Shown here: in pieces, positions 28,643 through 38,785 of the stretch
Layout of the letters: every line of letters starts with the position of its first letter
Numbering within the stretch: position 1 is the first letter of the stretch
Assembly (NCBI GenBank): GCA_964505785.1
Contig: CAZDJZ010000007.1
Location: 35,629 to 99,628, forward strand
Reading direction: 5' to 3'
Source: an uncultured Eubacteriales bacterium
GTDB taxonomy: Bacteria; Acidobacteriota; Aminicenantia; Aminicenantales; Aminicenantaceae
Length of the DNA stretch: 64,000 nt
Position numbers and translations under genes: made by a program
Notes under the pieces: model-generated
Database searches by the model: none
Seen by the model: only the letters and a program-made list of their open reading frames with translations
What the model was told of the DNA's origin: nothing

Positions 28643-29368
28643 ATGCCGGTATATGGAAAAGATTTCGCGTTCATATACAACCGGGAATGGAATGATTTTA
28701 CCGAAAGAACATGGCCGTTTCTGATAAGGATGGTCCGCCTGCATTCCCCCAAGGCGCTGACCTGGCTTGATATCTGCTGCGGAACCGGAGCCTTGCTTAA
28801 ACGGGCTGAAGCCGCCGGGTACTCCATGACCGGCCTTGATTCATCTATTCATCAGCTTCGCTTCGCACAGAAAAATGCACTGCAGGCACAGCTTATCTGT
28901 GAAGATGTCCGCTCCCTGGCTTTCCGCCGCCGTTTTGACGTCATCACCTGCATGTACGACAGCCTGAATTATCTGCTTGAAGAGAAAGAGCTGAAGCAGG
29001 CTTTTTCCCGGATCAGACAGACCGCACATGACCGCAGTCTGTTTATTTTCGACATGAATACCTATGAGGGCCTGGAAGATCACTGGAACCGGACATTTTC
29101 CATCAAGCTTAACCGGGGCGTAGTATTAGTCGATTCATATTTTAATACGGAAACGGCCCTGGGGACCTGCCGCATAAGCGGAGTTCTTCAAAAAGGGCGG
29201 AGGCTGCACCGCTTCCGTGAAAAACACCTTGAACGCGGTTATTCCGCAGAGGAAATACAAAAAGTTCTGGACAAAGCCGGCTTCACTTATATCGCTTATG
29301 ACGGAGACCGGCTCTCACAGCCCGGCATGCGGCCTTCACGACTGCTTTATATCTGCCGGCCCGTATGA
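28643..29368 (+). CDS. class I SAM-dependent methyltransferase
   Basis: Motif I WLDICCGTGAL and post-I GLDSS. Confidence 0.8.
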   Translation: MPVYGKDFAFIYNREWNDFTERTWPFLIRMVRLHSPKALTWLDICCGTGALLKRAEAAGYSMTGLDSSIHQLRFAQKNALQAQLICEDVRSLAFRRRFDVITCMYDSLNYLLEEKELKQAFSRIRQTAHDRSLFIFDMNTYEGLEDHWNRTFSIKLNRGVVLVDSYFNTETALGTCRISGVLQKGRRLHRFREKHLERGYSAEEIQKVLDKAGFTYIAYDGDRLSQPGMRPSRLLYICRPV

Positions 29369-29416
29369 ATTAAACAGGCTCCGGGTTCCGGGTTCCAGGT
29401 TGTGGGTTGTGAGATT

Positions 29417-29440
29417 TGACAGCTCCGCTGTCACTTTTCA
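29417..29440 (+). terminator. hairpin plus T-rich tail (candidate intrinsic terminator; also a repeat module)
   Basis: tgacagc-tcc-gctgtca (7-bp stem) followed by cttttcacttaatttt, about 50 nt after the 29368 stop. An identical hairpin lies at 2994-3010. Confidence 0.45.
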
Positions 29441-29479
29441 CTTAATTTTGACACATACATAGGTCTGTGTTATTTATAT

Positions 29480-30652
29480 TTGCCTATGACTTCCATAATC
29501 TCAGACCGGATTCCTTATTCCCAAATCCGGGTGATGTTCGATGCCGCCCGGGAATTGGAAAAGTCCGGCCGCACCATCATTCATTTGGAAATCGGCCGGC
29601 CGGATTATGATACTCCTGATCATATCGTATCATCCGCCATAGCGGCACTCAAATCCGGCCAGCACCATTACGCTCCCAACGCGGGGATTATTGAATTGAG
29701 GCAGGCCATTGCGGAAAAATATCGGCAGGAATACAATCTGACTTATCACCCTGAATCAGAAATTCTGGTTACAAACGGGGTGACTGAAGGCATTTTTTTG
29801 GCCGTAAACGCATTGCTTAATCCAGGAGACCAGGTCCTGATACCCGATCCCCGCTGGGTCAGCTATGAGCCGGCCGCATTGGCCAATCTGGTCGAGCCGG
29901 TCAGTTACCGGCTGTTTCCAGGCGAAAACTTCCAGCCGGATCCTGATGAAATCAAAGACATCATCACCCACCGGACCCGGATGCTTATTCTTTCCAGCCC
30001 GTCCAACCCTACGGGAGGAATGATCAGTAAAGAACGATTAAAAAAAATTTGCGACCTGGCCCTGCAGCATCAAATCATCATTTTGAGCGACGAAGTGTAT
30101 GAAAAAATCATCTATCCGCCGGCCCGGCATTTCTCACCTGCCTCCATTACCGCGATGAAAGACTCAACCGTTATTCTCAACGGATTCTCTAAATTTTATT
30201 CTATGACCGGATGGCGGTTGGGTTACGCTCTTGGCCCAGAAAAGCTGATAAACGCCATGCTGCGCTATCATCAATATATGATCACATCCACCAATACATT
30301 CGCTCAATGGGGCGCTGTCAAAGCTCTCACCGGGGAACAAGGCCCTTCCCTGGCGATGCGGGATGAATTTGAAAAAAGAAGGGATTTTATCTATAAGGCT
30401 GCTTGCTCTTGGCCGGGTTTTTCCTGCCATAAACCTGACGGAGCTTTTTTTCTTTTCCCTTCCATCGCAGATACCGGATTAAGCGGTTTCCAAATGGCGC
30501 GGCTGCTGCTGGAAAAAGCCGGCGTTGCCACTGTCGCCGGCGAATGTTTCGGCCGGAGCGGGGCGGGCCATATCCGGATTTCATATGCCAATTCTATGGA
30601 TAATTTAAAAAAAGCCGCTGAACAAATCAAACACACGGTTCAAAAGCTTTAA
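29480..30652 (+). CDS. pyridoxal-phosphate-dependent aminotransferase, class I (aspartate/aromatic type)
   Basis: NGFSKFYSMTGWRLGY (PLP-lysine motif), SNPTGG and HIRISYA. TTG at 29480 or ATG at 29486 as start. Confidence 0.9.
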   Translation: MPMTSIISDRIPYSQIRVMFDAARELEKSGRTIIHLEIGRPDYDTPDHIVSSAIAALKSGQHHYAPNAGIIELRQAIAEKYRQEYNLTYHPESEILVTNGVTEGIFLAVNALLNPGDQVLIPDPRWVSYEPAALANLVEPVSYRLFPGENFQPDPDEIKDIITHRTRMLILSSPSNPTGGMISKERLKKICDLALQHQIIILSDEVYEKIIYPPARHFSPASITAMKDSTVILNGFSKFYSMTGWRLGYALGPEKLINAMLRYHQYMITSTNTFAQWGAVKALTGEQGPSLAMRDEFEKRRDFIYKAACSWPGFSCHKPDGAFFLFPSIADTGLSGFQMARLLLEKAGVATVAGECFGRSGAGHIRISYANSMDNLKKAAEQIKHTVQKL

Positions 30653-30669
30653 TAACGGAGGAAACAACA

Positions 30670-33444
30670 TTGAACAGAAATCACCGCATTATCGCCAGCA
30701 CTTATGTCATTATCTTTTTTCTTTTATTAGGTACGATCTTGCCCCTTTCCGGGCAGACCATTACCGCGCCTAAGCATCATTTCGGCCATGATATTGGAGA
30801 TGATTATTGGCTGGCTACTTATTCCCAATTAATGGAGTACTGGGAAATTTTAGCCCGGGAATCGGACCGTATGATCCTGGAAGAAATCGGAACCACTGAG
30901 GAAGGCCGTCCCATGCTGATGGCGGTCATCACCTCTCCCGAAAATCACGCCCGGCTGGCCGACTACAAAACCATCGCCCGCCGCCTGGCTCTGGCTGAAG
31001 ACTTGGAAGAGGAAGAAGCTCGGAAACTGGTCCAAACCGGCAAGGCCGTAGTTTGGATAGACGGCGGCCTTCACGCAACCGAAGTGGTGGGCGCCCAGCA
31101 GGAACTGGAGCTTGTTTATCAAATGGTCAGCCGCAGCGACCGGGAAACTCTCCGCATTCTGGATAATGTAATTCTGCTGACACTTATCACTAATCCGGAT
31201 GGAATGGATCTTGTCGGCGAATGGTACATGCGGACGCCCCAGCCGGAAGAACGGTCGACCAGTAATCTCCCCCGGCTTTACCAGAAATATATCGGGCATG
31301 ACAATAACCGCGATTTTTATATGGTAACCCAAAAAGAAACCGAAGCCATCAACCGGATCTTATACCGGGAATGGTTTCCACAAATCGTATACAATCATCA
31401 TCAAACCGGCCCGGCGGGCTGTGTTTTGTTTGCTCCGCCGTTCCGTGATCCGCACAGTTATAATTATGATCCGCTGCTGGTCACCGGCATCACCACCGTC
31501 GGCAATGCCATGCACACCCGGTTTGCAGCGGAAGGAAAGCCGGGGGCCACTATGCGCGAAGGAGCCTGGTATCAAACCTGGTGGAACGGCTGCCTTCGAT
31601 GCACTCCCTATTTTCATAATATGATCGGAATTCTGACCGAAATAATCGGCAACCCCACGCCGATCGAGATTCCATTTATTCCGGAAAAACTGCTCCCGGA
31701 CAGCGATTATCCCTTTCCCATTGCCCCGCAAAAATGGCATATGCGGCAGTCTATCGATTATTCGATTACCGCTGACCGGGCTATTTTAGACCTGGCCGCC
31801 AAGCGCAAGGAAGATTTTCTCTACAATATTTTCCGCATGGCAAAAAATTCCATTGAACGGGGGAGCCGGGATCACTGGACTCTCAACCCCCGCCGGATTG
31901 AAGCGGTACAGAAGGCTATTAAAACGGATGAGGCCGAAATGGAAGGCTCAGGACGTTCCAGGGGATATCCACCCGAGTATTATGAGAAGGTCCTTCATGA
32001 CCCTGCTCATCGCGACCCCAGAGGATTTATCCTTTCCGCCGACCAGCCGGATTTTCTCACCGCGGTTAAATTCGTCAACACTCTCATTAAAAACGGAGTC
32101 AAGGTGCACCGGGCGATTGAGGATTTTGAAGCTGCCGGGAAAACTTATCCGGCCGGTTCGCTGGTGGTTAAATGCAATCAGGCTTTCCGGCCCCATATAA
32201 TGGATATGTTTGAACCTCAGTTTTATCCCGACGATATCCAATACCCGGGCGGGCCTCCCCGGCCTCCTTATGACAGCGCAGGATACACTCTGGCTTATCA
32301 GATGGGTGTGGAATTCGACAGGATTTTAGATGGCTTTGGCGGGCCCTTCGAAGAAATAGCCGGAGTCATGGCTCCGCCTGCGGGGAAAATCATCCAGCCC
32401 GATGCGGAAGGATTTTTGCTCAATCCAAGGCTGAATGACACTGTCATCGCAATTAACCGGCTGCTGAAAAACGGCACCCCGGTTTTCCGGACCGTCCGGG
32501 ACATTGAGCATAATGGAATTTCCTATCCTCCGGGAACGATATATATTCCAACAACCGGAGCCACCCTGGATATCATCCGTTCTGCGGCCGAAGAAAAAGG
32601 GCTGGTCTTCGAAGGAGTCGATTTTAATACTCCTCCGGCCATGATGAATATTCATGCCGTCCGGGTGGGATTATGGGACCAATACGGAGGATCTATGGCT
32701 TCCGGCTGGGTTCGGTGGCTTTTAGAACAGTACGAATTTGATTTTGATGTGGTTTATCCCCCGCAGCTCGATGCCGGCGGATTGAAAGAGGATTTCGACG
32801 TTTTGATTTTTGTGGACCGGGCCATTCCAGGCACGGATGAAGATGAATCCCGCTATCGCCGCTATGCGCCCATTGAGCCGGAGGGAATTCCGGAGAAGTA
32901 CCGGGGGCGGCTCGGCCGCATCACAACAGAGACCACCATTCCCCAATTGCAGCGCTTTATGGAAGCCGGAGGAACCATTCTCACCATCGGCAGTTCAACC
33001 GGTCTGGCTTATCACCTCGGCCTTCCGGTAGAAAATGCACTGGGTGAAAAAACTGAAGAAGGCGAAGTTGAACCCTATCCTATGACGAAATTTTTCATAC
33101 CCGGTTCCGTTCTTAAAATCAAAGTGGATAACACACATCCGCTCGCGTTCGGCATGCCTGAACACATCGATGTGTATTTCAACCGCAGTCCGGTCTTCCG
33201 GCTGCTGCCGGAATCACACAACCGGGTGAATGCCGTGGCCTGGTTTGACAGTCCGGATCCGCTCCGCAGCGGATGGGCCATGGGCCGGCAATTTCTGGAG
33301 GGAGGAGCCGGAGTATGCGCAGCCGAAGTCGGAAAAGGCCGCCTGGTGATGTTCGGCCCGGAAATCACGTTCCGCGCCCAGCCGCATGGAACCTTTAAAT
33401 TCCTCTTTAACGGAATATATTTAGGCGGAATCAAGAATAACTAA
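30670..33444 (+). CDS. M14-family zinc carboxypeptidase-like protein, large secreted form
   Basis: TTG start with GGAGG RBS, signal peptide, Zn-binding IDGGLHATEVVG (HxxE) and NPDG, plus about 600 aa of additional C-terminal domains. Confidence 0.8.
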   Translation: MNRNHRIIASTYVIIFFLLLGTILPLSGQTITAPKHHFGHDIGDDYWLATYSQLMEYWEILARESDRMILEEIGTTEEGRPMLMAVITSPENHARLADYKTIARRLALAEDLEEEEARKLVQTGKAVVWIDGGLHATEVVGAQQELELVYQMVSRSDRETLRILDNVILLTLITNPDGMDLVGEWYMRTPQPEERSTSNLPRLYQKYIGHDNNRDFYMVTQKETEAINRILYREWFPQIVYNHHQTGPAGCVLFAPPFRDPHSYNYDPLLVTGITTVGNAMHTRFAAEGKPGATMREGAWYQTWWNGCLRCTPYFHNMIGILTEIIGNPTPIEIPFIPEKLLPDSDYPFPIAPQKWHMRQSIDYSITADRAILDLAAKRKEDFLYNIFRMAKNSIERGSRDHWTLNPRRIEAVQKAIKTDEAEMEGSGRSRGYPPEYYEKVLHDPAHRDPRGFILSADQPDFLTAVKFVNTLIKNGVKVHRAIEDFEAAGKTYPAGSLVVKCNQAFRPHIMDMFEPQFYPDDIQYPGGPPRPPYDSAGYTLAYQMGVEFDRILDGFGGPFEEIAGVMAPPAGKIIQPDAEGFLLNPRLNDTVIAINRLLKNGTPVFRTVRDIEHNGISYPPGTIYIPTTGATLDIIRSAAEEKGLVFEGVDFNTPPAMMNIHAVRVGLWDQYGGSMASGWVRWLLEQYEFDFDVVYPPQLDAGGLKEDFDVLIFVDRAIPGTDEDESRYRRYAPIEPEGIPEKYRGRLGRITTETTIPQLQRFMEAGGTILTIGSSTGLAYHLGLPVENALGEKTEEGEVEPYPMTKFFIPGSVLKIKVDNTHPLAFGMPEHIDVYFNRSPVFRLLPESHNRVNAVAWFDSPDPLRSGWAMGRQFLEGGAGVCAAEVGKGRLVMFGPEITFRAQPHGTFKFLFNGIYLGGIKNN

Positions 33445-33697
33445 CCTGAATTATTCACGGGTCGAGATTGCCGCAGATGCGAGGCGCAGGGTATGAAGCT
33501 GTGGCACTTCACCGCGAATGCCCTGCAACAAAGCAGATGCGGTGAGATTCGGCCCGCCCAAAAGGGTGAAAAATTGCGATTATAATATAAATATGAAAAT
33601 GAAAAACTTTCAATTTGAACTTTCAATAAAAACCATATTAATTGTTGATAAAAAAGGAATTACAAAAATATCGCAATTTTTTTATGAATAATTCAGG
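33445..33697. repeat. A-type element, best-preserved full copy
   Basis: Termini cctgaattattca (33445-33457) and tgaataattcagg (33685-33697). Internal stem aaaaattgcgat (33569-33580) pairs with atcgcaattttt (33670-33681). It fills nearly the whole spacer between the TAA at 33442-33444 and the ATG at 33705. Confidence 0.8.
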
Positions 33698-33704
33698 CTA
33701 AGCA

Positions 33705-35252
33705 ATGAAAAAACCAGGGGAAATAAACAGGCGGGAATTCGTCCGTAATGCCGCTGTTATGCTCGCAGCCGCTGAAGTCGGCCTCAGCGGAGCCGGCAGG
33801 CTGTGGGGGGAAAAAAGTAAACCGCCGCAGAACAAATCAGCGGGGACTGACCTCCCGCTGATCGGTATTCAAATGGGCCCGCATACCATGCTGGAGGAAG
33901 GGATCGAGCATGTCCTCGATCTGATTAAAAATACGGCCGCTGTCAATACGGTTTTAGTATACAGCCACACCTATCATTCTTATTTGGACAAACCGCTTTC
34001 CTGGCTGGTTCCGGATCACGGCACTCCTCTCAAAAAGCTAAAAGGACGGCGTTTCCCTTCGGTTTGGGTAAAGCATCACGATAAATATTTCAAGGACACA
34101 ATATTGCGGCATCAGGCAGTGGACCAAAGTCATGAATACGCCGGCCGTGATCTCCTGCACGAAATAACGGTGCCTGCCCGCGACCGGGACATGAAAGTCT
34201 ATGCCCGTATCCTGGAAGGCGCCGGCCCCCTGCCGGCGGAAAGAATCGAAAATTACTTAAAAACGGTCACCATTGATGTATATGGCCGCCCGACCCGGGT
34301 GTCTTGCTGGAATAACCCCGATTATATCAGCTTTTGGACCGCCACAATGGAAGATCTTTTTCGTAACTATGACCTGGATGGTATCCAATGGGGTGCCGAA
34401 CGGATGGGCCCGCTTATGAACGTTATTATGCCCTGGAATGATACGCCTCCCGCATGTTTTTGTGAGCACTGCCGCGCCCGCGGAAGAGAAAAAGGTATTG
34501 ATGTGGAAAAAGCCAGGGAAGGATTTGCAAAGCTCTATGAATATGTCCGCAGACTAATGGGGGGCAAACCCAAACCTCCAGAAGGCGTCTTCACTGTTTT
34601 CCTGCGCCACCTCCTGCAGTATCCGGAGATTCTGGCCTGGGAATACCAATACCGTCTCTCACGGGAAGAAATCATGCAAGCCATGTACGGAACGATAAAG
34701 GCCATCAAACCGGATGCTGAAGTAGGCTGGCATGTGGACCACCAGCCTTCAAGCTGGGACATTGTGTACCGCGCCGAACTCAGCTATGCGGACATGGCTC
34801 CCTATTCCGATTTTATCAAATTTATTGCTTATCATGACGTTCTTGGGCCACGCATAAGATGGTGGTATCTGGAGCGATTAAAAAACACCGTCCTCAGCGA
34901 GTTATCCCTGAAACAGTCACTGGACCTCTATTACGATTTATTCGGGTATGACAAAAAAAATGAGCCCGGTGTGGACGAACTTGAAGAAAAAGGATTTTCT
35001 CCGGATTATGTTTTCCGCGAAACTAAACGGAGTGTGGCTTCCGCCGCCGGAAAAACAAAAATTTACCCCGGTATCGGTTTTGATGTGCCCTGGGCTGCAG
35101 AACATATTCCAGCTGACCCCGATGAAGTGTATTCAGCTGTGATTAAAGCCTTTGAGGCCGGAGCGGACGGGATTGTCATATCCAGAGAATATGAGGAAAT
35201 GCGGATTCCGAACCTCAAGGCCGTGGGCCGGGCCGTACGGGATAAATTTTAG
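33705..35252 (+). CDS. Tat-signal exported hypothetical protein (possibly TIM-barrel glycoside-hydrolase-like)
   Basis: Twin-arginine leader INRREFVRNAAVMLAAA. Contains a CFCEHC cysteine motif. The fold call is a guess. Confidence 0.55.
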   Translation: MKKPGEINRREFVRNAAVMLAAAEVGLSGAGRLWGEKSKPPQNKSAGTDLPLIGIQMGPHTMLEEGIEHVLDLIKNTAAVNTVLVYSHTYHSYLDKPLSWLVPDHGTPLKKLKGRRFPSVWVKHHDKYFKDTILRHQAVDQSHEYAGRDLLHEITVPARDRDMKVYARILEGAGPLPAERIENYLKTVTIDVYGRPTRVSCWNNPDYISFWTATMEDLFRNYDLDGIQWGAERMGPLMNVIMPWNDTPPACFCEHCRARGREKGIDVEKAREGFAKLYEYVRRLMGGKPKPPEGVFTVFLRHLLQYPEILAWEYQYRLSREEIMQAMYGTIKAIKPDAEVGWHVDHQPSSWDIVYRAELSYADMAPYSDFIKFIAYHDVLGPRIRWWYLERLKNTVLSELSLKQSLDLYYDLFGYDKKNEPGVDELEEKGFSPDYVFRETKRSVASAAGKTKIYPGIGFDVPWAAEHIPADPDEVYSAVIKAFEAGADGIVISREYEEMRIPNLKAVGRAVRDKF

Positions 35253-35456
35253 TATTTCAATTCCAGATCCAATGCTTTATTTGCGTTGAGACTGACGTTG
35301 CGCGTTTCGCCGGGGTTACAAACTCCACCTGCTGACCTATCGCTGAAGTCACTGCTGCCTGAATAACTCTGTTTTCCCAATGCAGATATTCAATTTCAAT
35401 CTGCCTCCGGCAAAGAACGCCCTCGATCGTTCCGGAAGGACAGAGAGTTTTGCCTT

Positions 35457-36488
35457 CTAATAATATTCAGCCAGGCCCTCCGGAATATATTCGAACCGTT
35501 TGAGTTCATCCGGAATAACAGCCGGAAAATTTGATTCAATTGGCTTTTCCTGCAATACCGGAATTTTTTCAATATACACTGGCTCATGACCTTTTAAATG
35601 CATTTTCCGAAAGGGATAGCGGTAAGATAAGTGCGGCCGAACTGATGTTCCAAAGTAGCTGACAAATTTTGGATATTCCAAAATCGCTGCCCCCGTCATT
35701 TTTGAGGGATGAATATACAACCGGCCCAAATTTGTATCTAAGTCTCCAAATTTTTGCATTTTTTCCCAGTTTCCCGGCCTTACTTTTAAAAAATGACTTC
35801 GGATTAAACCGCTTTCGGTTAGGGTTTCACGTGGAGTCATTATAAGCGGCGCCACTCTTTTCCGGTTTCCAACTGTCTGGAAACGGTTTTTATATACAAA
35901 AGAGCAATAATTTATCGGCAAGTCAATCTCATGTGCCACTGCTTCTCGAATGACGGCCAGAGCCGTCAGTTCCGATTCCATAACCGTGACTTTGGGGCCA
36001 TGGAGATAAGTATAATGGAGACGCTGTTCATCCTCAGGAACAGCAGGGATCTCCACAGTCACTCTGTCGATTATTTCAGCTGCCGTTTTGACACCGAGAA
36101 GACGATAATCATCGGCTGCAATATTAAACCTTATTTCATTCAGGCCGGCTTCCTTCAGCAGAATCAGCTTCTCCCTGGATACTAGACGGCCGTTGGTATA
36201 AAGCCAAAAATAGACCTTGTCACGAAAATGGCTCTTAATTTCCTGCAAAAACACCAGGCTTCTCTCTAGAGAGGCCAAGGGTTCGCCGCCGCTTAGGCTG
36301 ACTCCCTGAATATTGAATTTTTCAATATAGTCTGTATGAATTGAATCGCCGCATTGACGGATTAATTCCTCTCGTTTTTCCGCTGCTGCAGCACCCTGTT
36401 CCGGTTCAACCCATTTTAACTGGGGATAGTACTTTCCGTATTCCTGCTCGTTCTTGGTTATATAATAATTTTTTTCATTCATGTCCAT
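35457..36488 (-). CDS. radical-SAM-like protein lacking the CX3CX2C cluster motif
   Basis: Core radical-SAM blocks VSLSGGEPL, WLYTNG and LKEAGLNEIRFNI are present. Only one Cys occurs in the first 70 aa. The upstream sequence has stops in frame (taa taa). Confidence 0.6.
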   Translation of the reverse strand: MDMNEKNYYITKNEQEYGKYYPQLKWVEPEQGAAAAEKREELIRQCGDSIHTDYIEKFNIQGVSLSGGEPLASLERSLVFLQEIKSHFRDKVYFWLYTNGRLVSREKLILLKEAGLNEIRFNIAADDYRLLGVKTAAEIIDRVTVEIPAVPEDEQRLHYTYLHGPKVTVMESELTALAVIREAVAHEIDLPINYCSFVYKNRFQTVGNRKRVAPLIMTPRETLTESGLIRSHFLKVRPGNWEKMQKFGDLDTNLGRLYIHPSKMTGAAILEYPKFVSYFGTSVRPHLSYRYPFRKMHLKGHEPVYIEKIPVLQEKPIESNFPAVIPDELKRFEYIPEGLAEYY

Positions 36489-36602
36489 TTTTTTCGATTA
36501 TTAATCAGAAAGAGTAAAGAGGGAAGAGGGAAAAAACCGAATTGCCATTTGCGAACTCAAGTGATAGAATTTCCCCAATTCAGGACAAAAAGGAGCAGGG
36601 GC

Positions 36603-37529
36603 ATGCTCGAGATTTCTCACTTATCTAAATCTTTCGGAGATATTCATGCCGTCAATGACATCTCACTCGAAGTGGGAGAAGGTCAAATTTTCGGCCTCCT
36701 CGGACCTAATGGAGCAGGCAAAACCACCATCATTTCTATGATTGCGGGCCTGCTGACTCCAGATTCGGGTAAAATCCTGATCAATTCCATGGACATTCGC
36801 CGGTCCCCACGGCAGATCCGCAGGATAATGGGCGTGGTTCCTCAGGATATGGCTTTTTATGAAGAGTTGACAGCCCGGGAAAACCTTCATTTCTGGGGCC
36901 GTCTCCAGGGTATATCCGGACCGGAACTGGATAGTCGTCTTCAGTATTACTTGGACAAAGCCGGTTTGACCGGCCGGGAAGATGATGCTTTGAAGAAATA
37001 TTCCGGCGGAATGAAAAGGCGGATCAACCTCATCCTTGGGCTGATTCATAAGCCCCGTCTTCTTTTACTGGATGAACCCACCATCGGTATAGACGTGCAG
37101 ACAAAAATGAATATTTTAAATCTCATCCGGGAAGCGGCGCAGGAAGGGACCACTGTTATATATACCACGCATAACTTAAACGAAGCCGAAGATCTGTGCG
37201 ACCGGATCGCCATAATCGATAAGGGGAAAATACTGGCAGAGGGGACTTTGCCGGATCTAATCAAAATCGTTGGAGAAAAAGATATTGCCGTCATCCAGGG
37301 CCGATTTTCTCTGGAAGCAGGCCAGAAAATCATCTCCGAAGAGAAAGGCATCGATGTTATCACCCTCAAACAGGATTACCTGGCGGTCTCATTGGAGGCT
37401 TCACAAAAAATTCCAGGATTGATGGAGCGTTTTTTTAATTCAGGCTTGAAAGTTGATGATATTTCACTTAAACAGCCTAATCTTGAAAGCGTTTTTCTCA
37501 AATTGACCGGAAAGGAACTGCGGGAATGA
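36603..37529 (+). CDS. ABC transporter ATP-binding protein (ABC-2 exporter type)
   Basis: Walker A GPNGAGKTT, signature YSGGMKRR and Walker B LLLLDEPT. Start at the ATG at 36603 with an aaaggag RBS rather than the 36549 ORF start. Confidence 0.9.
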   Translation: MLEISHLSKSFGDIHAVNDISLEVGEGQIFGLLGPNGAGKTTIISMIAGLLTPDSGKILINSMDIRRSPRQIRRIMGVVPQDMAFYEELTARENLHFWGRLQGISGPELDSRLQYYLDKAGLTGREDDALKKYSGGMKRRINLILGLIHKPRLLLLDEPTIGIDVQTKMNILNLIREAAQEGTTVIYTTHNLNEAEDLCDRIAIIDKGKILAEGTLPDLIKIVGEKDIAVIQGRFSLEAGQKIISEEKGIDVITLKQDYLAVSLEASQKIPGLMERFFNSGLKVDDISLKQPNLESVFLKLTGKELRE

Positions 37530-38785
37530 GACGCATCTGGCTTCTAACCTTGAAGGATTTTAAGCGCAAATGGAAGAATCCGGTGGTTATCGTTGGATTC
37601 CTGATGATTCCGCTGCTTTTCACTTTTCTATTTGGATTTATCTTCGGCTCCTCCGGAGAGGAGACTCTGCCCTCCATCAAGGTCCTGGCTGTGGATAATG
37701 ACGACAGCCTATTGTCCCGGCTTTATCTGGGTGCATTTACGCAGGGTGAATTAAAAGAGATGCTCAATCTCGAGACAGCGGCTTCTGAAGAAAAAGCCAG
37801 GCATAGCCTCGATCAAGGAAAGGCATCCGCTTTGATCATCATTCCGGATGGATTCGGCGATGCTGTTTGGAAAGGAGAAGAAACAGAAATCACATTGATT
37901 AAAAATCCATCTGAGGAATTCCTGCCCCAAGTGGCGGAGGAAATCAGCAGCACAACCGCTTTGATTTTTTCCGGCCTATTGCAGGTTTTTTCCGATGAAT
38001 TGGATCAAATCCGGCAATTCACCGAGATGAACGAGAATATTCCCGACCGGGTCATTTCCTCCATTTCTATACAAATGAAAGAACGCATGGAAGGGATTGA
38101 AAAATATATTTTCCCTCCCGTTATCTCTATAAAGCAAACAGCGAGAGGTGACACTGACGAAAACCAATCTTCCGGATTTTCCATTCACAGTTATATCCTT
38201 CCGGCTATATCCATTATGTTTGTTTTATTCATCTGCAATATCGTATTCGAGGATTTGCTGCGGGAGAAAGAAAAGGGGACTCTCCTGAGGATGTCCATTT
38301 CCCCCATGCAGATCAGTGAATTTGTATGGAGTAAAATACTAACCTCCTTGGGAATCGGCATCATCTGTACTCTCCTTTTAGTGGGATTAGGGAGCTTGAT
38401 CTTTTCCATTTATTGGGGCAACCTGGGTTTTCTCATTTCAATCATATTAAGCCTGAATATTCTTATTGCCGGATTCATTGCTTTTCTATACATCTTTATC
38501 CGGACAGAACGTCAGGCCGGCGCTCTAATGTCCTCCGTCATAGTGGTCATGGCGCTTTTAGGGGGCAGTATGACGCCGGTGCAAAATTTTCCTCCTTTCG
38601 TTCAAAAAATATCCCAGTTCACGATCAATTACTGGGGCCTGGAAGCTTTTCATAGAAATATCCTGGGCGAATCGCCGGGAGAAATCTGGACAATCATCAT
38701 AGGTATGCTAACCATCGGAATCGTTCTCGCTGTATTAAGCTCAACCATATTGAAGACAAGATTGAAGAAGGGGTTATATCGATGA
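37526..38785 (+). CDS. ABC-2 type transporter permease
   Basis: N-terminal TM helix, large extracytoplasmic loop, then five or six C-terminal TM helices. ATGA overlap with the ATPase gene. Confidence 0.8.
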   Translation: MRRIWLLTLKDFKRKWKNPVVIVGFLMIPLLFTFLFGFIFGSSGEETLPSIKVLAVDNDDSLLSRLYLGAFTQGELKEMLNLETAASEEKARHSLDQGKASALIIIPDGFGDAVWKGEETEITLIKNPSEEFLPQVAEEISSTTALIFSGLLQVFSDELDQIRQFTEMNENIPDRVISSISIQMKERMEGIEKYIFPPVISIKQTARGDTDENQSSGFSIHSYILPAISIMFVLFICNIVFEDLLREKEKGTLLRMSISPMQISEFVWSKILTSLGIGIICTLLLVGLGSLIFSIYWGNLGFLISIILSLNILIAGFIAFLYIFIRTERQAGALMSSVIVVMALLGGSMTPVQNFPPFVQKISQFTINYWGLEAFHRNILGESPGEIWTIIIGMLTIGIVLAVLSSTILKTRLKKGLYR

